Origin: Labrenzia sp. VG12
GTDB lineage: Bacteria > Pseudomonadota > Alphaproteobacteria > Rhizobiales > Stappiaceae
Assembly (NCBI RefSeq): GCF_002237595.1
Contig: NZ_CP022529.1
Location: 2,494,117 to 2,518,116, forward strand
DNA: 24,000 nt
Reading direction: 5' to 3'
The translations under genes and the position numbers were made by a program. Each line of letters starts with the position of its first letter. The stretch's first letter is position 1. The notes below the pieces were generated by a model. That model was not told where the DNA came from, made no database searches, and saw only the letters and a program-made list of their open reading frames with translations. Positions 1 through 6,883 of the stretch are shown piece after piece.

Positions 1-201
1 CAGTTTCCGTGAGCGGTTTCGCGCAGCAGAATGCCGGAAGACACTCATCCCGTCCGACGAAGTCACGCCTCCTGCCCGATTGAACCCACGCTCCATATCG
101 GGAGCGGTGTAGGTGACATAGTCCTGCCAGTCATCTTCCACCCACTGGCGTTCCGCGCGCGCGGACTGCAACTCGGACTTCAGGTCCTCGACGATCCCCA
201 T
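1..201 (-). CDS. Phage portal / head-tail connector protein, N-terminal fragment (runs off the window edge)
   Basis: The minus-strand frame from the ATG at 201 reads MGIVEDLKSELQSARAERQWVEDDWQDYVTYTAPDMERGFNRAGG...SVFRHSAARNRSRKL, 67 codons with no stop to position 1. Its ATG shares the A of the upstream gene's TGA (TGATG coupling). Its position after terS/terL and its N-terminal pattern fit a podovirus-type portal. The family call is from memory only. Confidence 0.5.
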   Translation of the reverse strand, partial: MGIVEDLKSELQSARAERQWVEDDWQDYVTYTAPDMERGFNRAGGVTSSDGMSVFRHSAARNRSRKL

Positions 202-428
202 CAGGCACGCCCGAGAAGTGTAACGCCCGGACGCGAGGCGCTGCCGAAATCGGGAACGCCGAGCGGGCTCGTCAGGTTGGTAGCGCGCGAACTATAGGCC
301 GCGGCCCGCCGTCGCCGGCCGTTTTCCTGAAGGTTCCTGGCCTGGCGCTGAGGATCGGGTTGCCGCGGTGGTGGCGGTGTCGGTTCCGGTTTCGGCTGCT
401 TCGCGCCGCCGCCTCCAAAGAGACACAT
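201..428 (-). CDS. Small Gly/Pro-rich phage protein (75 aa) immediately upstream of the portal
   Basis: ATG at 428 is preceded by GAAAGGAGCACCTC (strong SD). The protein starts MCLFGGGGAKQPKPEPTPPPPRQPDP and ends GVTLLGRA. As I recall, this low-complexity type occurs before portal genes in BPP-1-like/T7-like podovirus prophages. It is translationally coupled to the next ORF. Confidence 0.55.
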   Translation of the reverse strand: MCLFGGGGAKQPKPEPTPPPPRQPDPQRQARNLQENGRRRRAAAYSSRATNLTSPLGVPDFGSASRPGVTLLGRA

Positions 429-632
429 GAGGTGCTCCTTTCAGATGGTTTGGATTTGGGGTTTGGTTTCCAAAGCGCCCCCGCAAAAAAGAATGCCTCG
501 ACGGGTCAAACAATGGTGATGCGTCACCATGTGAGACGAGAACGGGTCAACGATTTTGCAGAATGGATCGTCATGGAAGGCTGAAGGCAGGACCGATGTC
601 CCGGTCATTCAGCCACACTTTTCCAAGGTAAC

Positions 633-748
633 CTTGTAAGCTCTGTTTTAGAGCTGTTTTGACGACCCGTCCAGCTTATGGACGGGTCTCAAATACTTGT
701 TTAGGCGTGACTTTTCGAAAAAACCTGTTCAATCAAAAGGCTCTGCCA
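633..748. repeat. Copy A of a ~116-bp imperfect direct repeat (partner at 9537-9652)
   Basis: Core gttttgacgacccgtcca (656-673) matches gttttgacgagcctgtcca (9561-9579). Core cttgtttaggcgtgacttttc (696-716) matches cctgtttagattgaccttttc (9602-9622). Core spacing is 40 vs 41 nt and the flanks are weakly similar. Overall identity is roughly two thirds by eye. Confidence 0.55.
664..688. repeat. Perfect 10-bp inverted repeat (gacccgtcca / tggacgggtc) with a 5-nt spacer, inside repeat copy A
   Basis: Read directly: gacccgtcca-gctta-tggacgggtc. No T-run follows on either strand, so it looks like a protein-binding palindrome or RNA hairpin rather than an intrinsic terminator. Confidence 0.6.
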
Positions 749-843
749 TTTCAGCCTTGCGCGTTGTTCGCCGATTTTTTTCAAGCAGTCCAGCGAGCGG
801 GCGCGCCTAATTGTCGAGGCCCGTTTTCACAGTCGTAATTGTC

Positions 844-1242
844 TCACTGCGGTCCGCTTTCCAACTCGAAACCTTCGTCGATCCAGCCGGTAATCCCACC
901 AGCCATGATCTTCACGGGACGTTCAAGTTCTGCGAGCCGCAATGCGCCGCGCGCCGCGCCATTGCAATGAGGCCCTGCACAATAGGTCACAAACAGGGTG
1001 TCTTCCGGCCAATGGGCAAGCTTTGATCGTATGATCTTGCCGTGCGGCAGGTTGATGGCCCCCGGGATGTGTCCCTTGGCATAAAGAGCAGGACTGCGAA
1101 CATCCAAGAGTACAAATCCGGGATCGCTTTTCAATGCATCTTGGACATCCCAGCAATCTGTCTCGAATCTGAATTCCGACGCGAAATGTTCCGCCGCCAG
1201 GGTGCTCGAGGCCGCGGGTATCTTGGTAACATTGTTGGTCAT
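844..1242 (-). CDS. Rhodanese-like sulfurtransferase domain protein (132 aa)
   Basis: ATG at 1242 follows GGAAAGGAGACCTC. The sequence includes FVLLDVRSPALYAKGHIPGAINLP and the active-site loop YCAGPHCNGAARGA. The longer ORF start at 1347 lacks an SD and adds non-homologous residues. Confidence 0.85.
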   Translation of the reverse strand: MTNNVTKIPAASSTLAAEHFASEFRFETDCWDVQDALKSDPGFVLLDVRSPALYAKGHIPGAINLPHGKIIRSKLAHWPEDTLFVTYCAGPHCNGAARGALRLAELERPVKIMAGGITGWIDEGFELESGPQ

Positions 1243-1255
1243 GAGGTCTCCTTTC

Positions 1256-1267
1256 CAGAACGTTCTG
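1256..1267. promoter_or_regulatory. Perfect 12-bp palindrome CAGAACGTTCTG in the rhodanese/ftrA divergent intergenic region
   Basis: Read directly. It lies 14-25 nt upstream of the rhodanese ATG within the 78-bp divergent spacer (1243-1320). The operator role is inferred. Confidence 0.3.
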
Positions 1268-1320
1268 TCCCGGAGGGTGATCATTGGCAACTGGCACGAA
1301 AGACGATATACGTAAAAATC

Positions 1321-2325
1321 ATGCCAAACATCTCGGTTTCCGCTCAACTGCCCCCCACGACCGCCCCAACAGGGCCGCTTGTGGTTGCCCTTGTCTATGA
1401 CGGCCTGTGCACTTTCGAGTTTGGCATCACGGCAGAAATCTTCGGCTTGACCCGGCCGGAATTCGGCAATGACTGGTACCGCTTTGCCAGCTGTGCGATC
1501 GAGGATGGCCCTTTACGGGCAGCTGGCGGACTAAGCATTTCTGCTGATCAGGGCATTGACGCCCTCGACCATGCCGACATCATTGTCGTTCCGGGCTGGA
1601 AGAGTGCTGACGCGAATATCCCTGCAAATCTCAAGGACAGGCTGGTCATCGCTCATCGGCGCGGTGCGCGGCTCGTATCGATCTGTTCTGGTGCGTTTGT
1701 TCTGGCAGCGACGGGCCTGCTCGATGGCAAGACAGCCACCACCCACTGGCGTTATGCCGAGCAGCTTCGCTCCCGTTTTCCCTCCATCACGGTGGATGAA
1801 GCATCGCTTTACCGGCTCGAAAACCGCGTTTCTACGTCAGCCGGAAGTGCGGCGGGCATCGACCTGATGCTCGAAATCATTCGGCGTGATTATGGACCGG
1901 ACAAGGCCAACAGTGTCGCAAGGCGCCTCGTTGTGCCCGCTCAGCGCCAGGGGGGACAGGCCCAGTACCTGGAACGTCCGGTTTCCTGCAGGCCAGAGAG
2001 TGCGATCGCCCCGCTCCTGGAAGATGTGCGCCGCCGGCTTTCGGAGAACTGGACAATCGAAGGCATGGCGGCGGGATGCCACATGAGCGCGCGCACCTTT
2101 CAGCGGCGTTTCATTGATGCTGTCGGCCTGACGCCGGGCGATTGGCTGACCGGAGAGCGCATCGAAGCGGCCAAGGAAATCCTCATCACAGGGCGCCAGG
2201 ACATGGAAACGGTGGCGGCACTGGTCGGCTTCGGCAGCGCGCATGCGCTACGCCACCATTTTCGAAAACGCCTTGGATTGAGCCCGACCGACTACCGGCA
2301 CTTGTTTCGCTCAGATGTAGCCTGA
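1321..2325 (+). CDS. ftrA: FtrA / GlxA-family transcriptional regulator (DJ-1/PfpI-like domain plus AraC-type HTH), 334 aa
   Basis: From the ATG at 1321: LVVALVYDGLCTFEFGITAEIFGL..., SICSGAFVLAATGLLDGKTATTHWRY, SAGSAAGIDLMLEIIR, then a C-terminal AraC HTH (ARTFQRRF...LRHHFRKRLGLSPTDYR). It matches the FtrA consensus as I remember it. The upstream in-frame extension to 1042 is antisense to the rhodanese gene. Confidence 0.85.
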   Translation: MPNISVSAQLPPTTAPTGPLVVALVYDGLCTFEFGITAEIFGLTRPEFGNDWYRFASCAIEDGPLRAAGGLSISADQGIDALDHADIIVVPGWKSADANIPANLKDRLVIAHRRGARLVSICSGAFVLAATGLLDGKTATTHWRYAEQLRSRFPSITVDEASLYRLENRVSTSAGSAAGIDLMLEIIRRDYGPDKANSVARRLVVPAQRQGGQAQYLERPVSCRPESAIAPLLEDVRRRLSENWTIEGMAAGCHMSARTFQRRFIDAVGLTPGDWLTGERIEAAKEILITGRQDMETVAALVGFGSAHALRHHFRKRLGLSPTDYRHLFRSDVA

Positions 2326-2503
2326 GCGCTGACAATGCTGCACTTCCGGCCAATCGGTATGAAGCGCTGCCACAAACACCATTCCACGAACATGACCTCA
2401 GGCAATCGTGCGCTTCCCTGACATAGGGTTAATTGCTAGACTAGTCCTCAAATATAACAGCACAAATAAAAGAGTGAAATGTCGAGACTGGCGAGGGACA
2501 GTT

Positions 2504-4330
2504 ATGGCGACAGACAAATTTCACATTTTTCTTATTCGACCAACCAAATATGACGATGACGGCTATCCGATTCATTGGCATAAAACCACAATCCCGGCCA
2601 ATTCACTTTCCTGCCTTGCAGGAATTTCTTTGGATTGCAAGGAACGGCAAGTCCTTGGTCCCGATGTGGAAATTGCGACCCGCGCCATCGATGAAGGCAA
2701 CACCCGCATTCGCCCCCACCAGATCATCCATGAGATCCGGCGCGATGGGGCACGTGGCCTGATCTGCTTCGCCGGTGTCCAGAGCAATCAGTTCCCTCGT
2801 GCCATTGACCTCGCCCAGCCGTTTCTGGCGGCAGGCCTGCCCGTCGCTGTCGGCGGATTTCATGTGACCGGCTGCATGGCAATGCTTGACGAAATGCCAA
2901 GGGACATGCGCGACGCATTGGACATGGGGGTTTCCTTTTTTCTCGGCGAGGCAGAAGGCGGGCGCTTTGACGCTGTGCTGCGAGACGCCTATGCGGGCGT
3001 CCTGAAACCGGTCTACGACTACACCAGGGATCTTCCGTCACTTCCAGGGCAACCGGTGCCTGTCGTTGAAAAGGCACAGGTAGAACAGTCGACATTGGGC
3101 TACGGCAGTTTCGATCTCGGTCGCGGGTGCCCGTTTGAATGCAGTTTTTGCTGTATCATCAATGTGCAGGGCAGAGGCAGCCGCTTTCGCTCGACCGGGG
3201 ACCTTGAGAAGATCATCAGGGATCACGCCAGGATCGGTGTCACCAAGTTCTTCGTCACGGACGACAATTTCGCACGCAACCGGAACTGGGAAGCCTTTCT
3301 CGATACGCTGATCCGGCTTCGCGAGGAAGACGGGCTCAGGTTCACCCTGATCATTCAGGTCGATACCCTGTGCCACAAGATCCCGAATTTCATAGACAAA
3401 TGCGTTAGAGCCGGTGTCGATCAGGTGTTTATCGGGCTGGAAAACATCAATCCGGACAACCTGGCCGGCTCCAAGAAAAGACAGAACAAGATCACCGACT
3501 ACCGTGAGATGTTCCTCGCTTGGAAGAAACACCCCGTGGTCCTGACCGCCGGTTACATCATCGGGTTTCCCAACGACACCCGAGAATCCGTCCTTCACGA
3601 TATCGATGTCCTCAAGCGCGAGCTTGCTGTCGACATACTCTCACTGTCGATCCTCACGCCGCTGCCAGGCTCCGAGGACCACAAGAACGCCGTGGCCGCA
3701 GGCACCTGGATCCATCCGGATCTCAATCGCTACGATTTGACCCATAGTGTGATCCGGCATCCGAACTTGCCCGGCGACGAGCTCGACAAGCTCTACATCG
3801 AAGCCTGGGCAACCTTCTATTCCCCGGACCATTGCCGCACCATCCTGCGCCGCGCGGCTGCGCTTGGAAGCAACAAGAAAATTGCGACCATGAACCGGCT
3901 GCTGATCTATGGAACCGGATCACGGCTCCACAATGTCTTTTCGCTCGACGGCGGATTCTTGCGATTGAAATACCGTCGTGACCGCCGCCCGGGTTTGCCG
4001 GTCGAAAGCCCTCTGATCTTCTATCCCAAACATGCCTTTGAAACGGTGCGCAACATTTTGCTGCTGATGCTCACACGCTGGCGTTACCTGCGCTTCATCA
4101 AGGCACTCTGGAGCGACCCCGGGCGCTTTGACTACGTGGATGCGGCCATTGCACCGGTTGGCGCGGGCGATTTCGAGAGGCTGAAACTCTACACCGCAAC
4201 AAGAGGCGGACAAGAAGCTGTTGCCAATCATCGCAAGATGGAAGCCATCAAGAAAAAGGCTCGGTCAAAAGCACTTGCCGGCACCTTAAAAACGAAAATG
4301 GGTGTCACATATCCTGGCCCGCATTCATAA
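2504..4330 (+). CDS. B12-binding-domain (class B) radical SAM enzyme, 608 aa; substrate unknown
   Basis: ATG at 2504 is preceded by GAGGGA. The N-terminal Rossmann-like region (LICFAGVQSNQF...PVAVGGFHVTG) precedes the radical SAM cluster motif GRGCPFECSFCC (CxxxCxxC). It continues with FFVTDDNF and ENINPDNL, then a ~170-aa C-terminal extension. The N-terminus IFLIRPTKYDDDGYPIHW recalls HpnR-like methylases, but that is a weak recollection. Confidence 0.85.
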   Translation: MATDKFHIFLIRPTKYDDDGYPIHWHKTTIPANSLSCLAGISLDCKERQVLGPDVEIATRAIDEGNTRIRPHQIIHEIRRDGARGLICFAGVQSNQFPRAIDLAQPFLAAGLPVAVGGFHVTGCMAMLDEMPRDMRDALDMGVSFFLGEAEGGRFDAVLRDAYAGVLKPVYDYTRDLPSLPGQPVPVVEKAQVEQSTLGYGSFDLGRGCPFECSFCCIINVQGRGSRFRSTGDLEKIIRDHARIGVTKFFVTDDNFARNRNWEAFLDTLIRLREEDGLRFTLIIQVDTLCHKIPNFIDKCVRAGVDQVFIGLENINPDNLAGSKKRQNKITDYREMFLAWKKHPVVLTAGYIIGFPNDTRESVLHDIDVLKRELAVDILSLSILTPLPGSEDHKNAVAAGTWIHPDLNRYDLTHSVIRHPNLPGDELDKLYIEAWATFYSPDHCRTILRRAAALGSNKKIATMNRLLIYGTGSRLHNVFSLDGGFLRLKYRRDRRPGLPVESPLIFYPKHAFETVRNILLLMLTRWRYLRFIKALWSDPGRFDYVDAAIAPVGAGDFERLKLYTATRGGQEAVANHRKMEAIKKKARSKALAGTLKTKMGVTYPGPHS

Positions 4331-5984
4331 CCGGCGCATTCGACGGAATTTCATCCGTGTCAGATGTCGGTGCAAAGGCCCCGCGCACATTCGCTTGGAA
4401 GCTGTTTGTCACCAAGATCTGTTCACCGATCTCATCGGTATAGGTCAGGGTCATGCGTGGGCCAAACCCTTCGTCATCGGTTCCACCCTTTTTCCAGTCG
4501 CTTCCCGTGTGCGCGTTTGGCATCAATGACCATCGCCTTGCCGTGATGCCAAGTGTTGCCAGAAGTCCCTCCACTTCCTTGCTGATGTAGTCACGGTTTG
4601 TCCCACTCGTGGCCGGGTAGACCTTTTCCACCGGGTGTTTGAACACGACACCCTTTGCCTCGGATGCAAATTCCGTCAGGCCCCATGCCATGGAAAACCG
4701 CGCGAGCGCCAACGCTTCTGCCGCGTCTTCATCGCCGCCCATATCCAGAAAACTCTGCTTCCAGAGTTTGGCATGTTCCTCCAGTGCTTCGGCTTCCTCT
4801 TCGGCGGTCAAGCCAAGTTGACGATACCGGTCGAAGGACGTTTCCCGGGCAGGAACAGCGACCGGTGGCCTTCCTGGGACCGAATGGAATGTATCAACAC
4901 CAGACCGGACGGTTTCCTGATCCAGGGCCAGCTCGACCGGCGCTGCGTCCTGAGCTGACGCGTCGGGAAAAAGCCGTGCGCTTTCGCCGCCATCTGCCTC
5001 CGGTCCCTCCGGCTCACCTGCCTCGCCGCCTGGCGTCGCTGATCCATCCAGGTAGATGAAGTAGCCGCCATATTTTCGTGCGAAATCCTTTTTCCAGGGC
5101 ATGCCCAGCGACCTGGCCGTCGCAAGCTCGCCAAGGATGGAGGACGCCAGCGCAGGATCGCTCCGATGAAGCCGGCGAATATTTTTCTCCGTTGCGCGCC
5201 AATCGACGTCACCGAAGTCTTCGGCAATGTGTTCCGGAAAGACGCTGTCTCCAAACAATTCGTCCCAGAGGCCTTCGCTACCGTTCGACGGATCCGAGCC
5301 GTCGGGAGTTCCCTGCCATGCCTCGTTCAGAATTTCGAGGGATCGGTTGGTCCTGTTGTCGAGGTCATGGATCTGCCCCTTGTGTTTCCGGACAAACCTG
5401 TCTTCAAGGCGCTGATAAACGGCGGCATAGCCAGCCGCATGTTGGCCTGCTGCATCGTCGAAATGCGTGGACAGAAACTCTGAAACCGGCCTCTCGAAGA
5501 CCCTTCTGTTTTCAAACCCGGCCGCGGGTCGGCGCCGCTCCGAAGGTGGCAGGTCCTCTTTTGTAATATTGATGTCGACAGCGGCCAGTGCGGCGGACAC
5601 GAGCCCGTTGCTGTTGACGATCCAGTCTGAGTTGACGTCGCCGATTGCTGCAAGCGTGTCGTAATCCACTTCCGACTGCTCAACCAACTGGGCGAAGAAG
5701 GCCATCTTGAGATATTTTTCTTCAAGATCCCCTCCGCTCTCCAGAACAACGGTGTCTTCCTGAGAGCGTTCGGCGGGCGGAACCCAGTCTCGCGACCGTT
5801 CCGAGTAGGGACCGATTTCCACGTCGATATTCCCGACGACGGACAGCGGCCCAGGTCCGCCCCGAATGACAAATTCTTTTCCTTCGTTATTCGTATAGAT
5901 GATGTAGAGATGCCCGAAATCCTTCGAAGCGGCATCCGTCACACGAAGCTCGATAGTTTCCATTTCAGTCTCCGAAACTGGCAT
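4305..5984 (-). CDS. Orphan 559-aa protein: conserved N-terminal ~140-aa domain, acidic low-complexity linker, C-terminal domain of unknown function
   Basis: ATG at 5984 is preceded by GGAGGCCTGTCTG. This long ORF is the only long open frame across most of this span; the other ORFs there are much shorter (202 aa or less). No signal peptide or TM segment is apparent. The N-terminal region reads GHLYIIYTNNEGKEFVIRGGPG...VDYDTL...NSNGLVSAALAAVDI. The linker GGEAGEPEGPEADGGES is acidic. The GTG at 6086 is an unlikely start. Confidence 0.7.
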   Translation of the reverse strand: MPVSETEMETIELRVTDAASKDFGHLYIIYTNNEGKEFVIRGGPGPLSVVGNIDVEIGPYSERSRDWVPPAERSQEDTVVLESGGDLEEKYLKMAFFAQLVEQSEVDYDTLAAIGDVNSDWIVNSNGLVSAALAAVDINITKEDLPPSERRRPAAGFENRRVFERPVSEFLSTHFDDAAGQHAAGYAAVYQRLEDRFVRKHKGQIHDLDNRTNRSLEILNEAWQGTPDGSDPSNGSEGLWDELFGDSVFPEHIAEDFGDVDWRATEKNIRRLHRSDPALASSILGELATARSLGMPWKKDFARKYGGYFIYLDGSATPGGEAGEPEGPEADGGESARLFPDASAQDAAPVELALDQETVRSGVDTFHSVPGRPPVAVPARETSFDRYRQLGLTAEEEAEALEEHAKLWKQSFLDMGGDEDAAEALALARFSMAWGLTEFASEAKGVVFKHPVEKVYPATSGTNRDYISKEVEGLLATLGITARRWSLMPNAHTGSDWKKGGTDDEGFGPRMTLTYTDEIGEQILVTNSFQANVRGAFAPTSDTDEIPSNAPVMNAGQDM

Positions 5985-6113
5985 CAGACAGGCCTCCGGC
6001 AAACGATGGTGCCGAACAGCAAATGACGTCGTTGAATCAACGCGAAGTCGTGAGGGTTTCCGGGAAAGCGTGATGCGCTGCTTCACTCACAGCGTGCCTT
6101 GGGCGGAACGTTT

Positions 6114-6341
6114 TTAGTACCGTCCTGCCAACTCTTGAGAGCAGTTGATCGGCTGAAGGACCTTGCTCCTACCCGGCTGATAGCTGAGAAAAACCTGCAG
6201 GACTACATCTAGCGGCTTTGCGAGTTGGTCTCGTTTCGCGTCGACATCGCAGCCCCGCTCCCGCAGGAAGTAAAACATCACCGGTGCGCATGTTGGTCTC
6301 GGCCCGATGACCGGTTCATCAAATAGAGCGTGCGGTTTCAA
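6114..6341 (-). CDS. Hypothetical 75-aa ORF (TTG start) between the 4-TM gene and the 559-aa gene
   Basis: The open frame starts 7 nt after the TGA of the upstream membrane gene and has the same orientation. There is no recognisable motif and no clear SD. An internal ATG (MFYFLRERG...) is also possible. It may not be coding. Confidence 0.3.
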   Translation of the reverse strand: MKPHALFDEPVIGPRPTCAPVMFYFLRERGCDVDAKRDQLAKPLDVVLQVFLSYQPGRSKVLQPINCSQELAGRY

Positions 6342-6347
6342 CCAACT

Positions 6348-6755
6348 TCAAACCAGCGAGAAGGCGGCAAGGGCGGCGGCTTGAAACACGCAGTAAAGCA
6401 GCAGCACAGAGAGTATGCGTCTTATCCATGTCACTCTTGCAGCCCTGCGCGGATAGCACAGGGCCAACTGGAGAAGACTGAGTACAACGTCGGCTAAAAA
6501 AAACGCAATTACGTAATTCCGGTAATCGTTAAACAAAAGAGAAATAAGGTCGCGATCAAAAAAGATACAAAGGTACAAATAGAGAAAAAAAGTGGTGCTC
6601 AACCCAACAAAACTGTCAGAAAGGCGACCGATCTTGGAAGTGTCAGGCCCCAGCACCAGGCGGACATTGAGATAAACTCTGAATAGAAGTGACACGGGCC
6701 AGAAAGCCAGGAACCCAAAATACGCAACAACCTGCAGATACTCGAGCCATTCCAT
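6348..6755 (-). CDS. Small integral membrane protein, about 4 predicted TM helices (135 aa)
   Basis: Four hydrophobic stretches: VVAYFGFLAFWPVSLLF, GLSTTFFLYLYLCIFF, YVIAFFLADVVLSLLQLAL and ILSVLLLYCVFQAAALAAF. The gene is markedly AT-rich (e.g. 6480-6620) compared with its neighbours. No family was recognised. Confidence 0.7.
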   Translation of the reverse strand: MEWLEYLQVVAYFGFLAFWPVSLLFRVYLNVRLVLGPDTSKIGRLSDSFVGLSTTFFLYLYLCIFFDRDLISLLFNDYRNYVIAFFLADVVLSLLQLALCYPRRAARVTWIRRILSVLLLYCVFQAAALAAFSLV

Positions 6756-6883
6756 CGCTTTTACCGTTCACATACCTTTGCAGCTCAGTTCCAGCGCCTC
6801 GCCGTCATAACGCCACTGCCAGAGCCAATACATGTTCTCCAATTGTTCCATTGCAATAAATCACAGCATCAAACGCATTGCAC

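Noticed and set aside
441-608. 55-codon minus-strand ORF (MTGTSVLPSAFHDDPF...HHHCLTRRG...) upstream of the 75-aa phage gene
   Set aside because: It is densely packed with the ACGGGTCAA repeats and a palindrome, has no SD and has an odd composition. It is treated as a regulatory region.
1042-1320. 5' extensions of ORF-track entries: 1042 for ftrA, 2408 for radical SAM, 6086 for the 559-aa gene, 7747 for the 150-aa phage gene, 11948 for the SBP, 1347 for rhodanese, 18386 for the GlxA-type regulator
   Set aside because: The extensions overlap neighbouring genes or lack an SD, and their residues do not belong to the conserved domains. Internal starts with a GGAG-type SD were chosen instead.
2326-2503. 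Possible cobalamin or SAM riboswitch upstream of the B12-type radical SAM gene
   Set aside because: The region is only 178 nt. I could not find a B12-box-like core (GCCACTG context) or the conserved paired elements. It looks like a plain AT-rich promoter region (TTGCTA ... TATAAC with poor spacing; small CTAG-a-CTAG palindrome). An Infernal scan would settle it.
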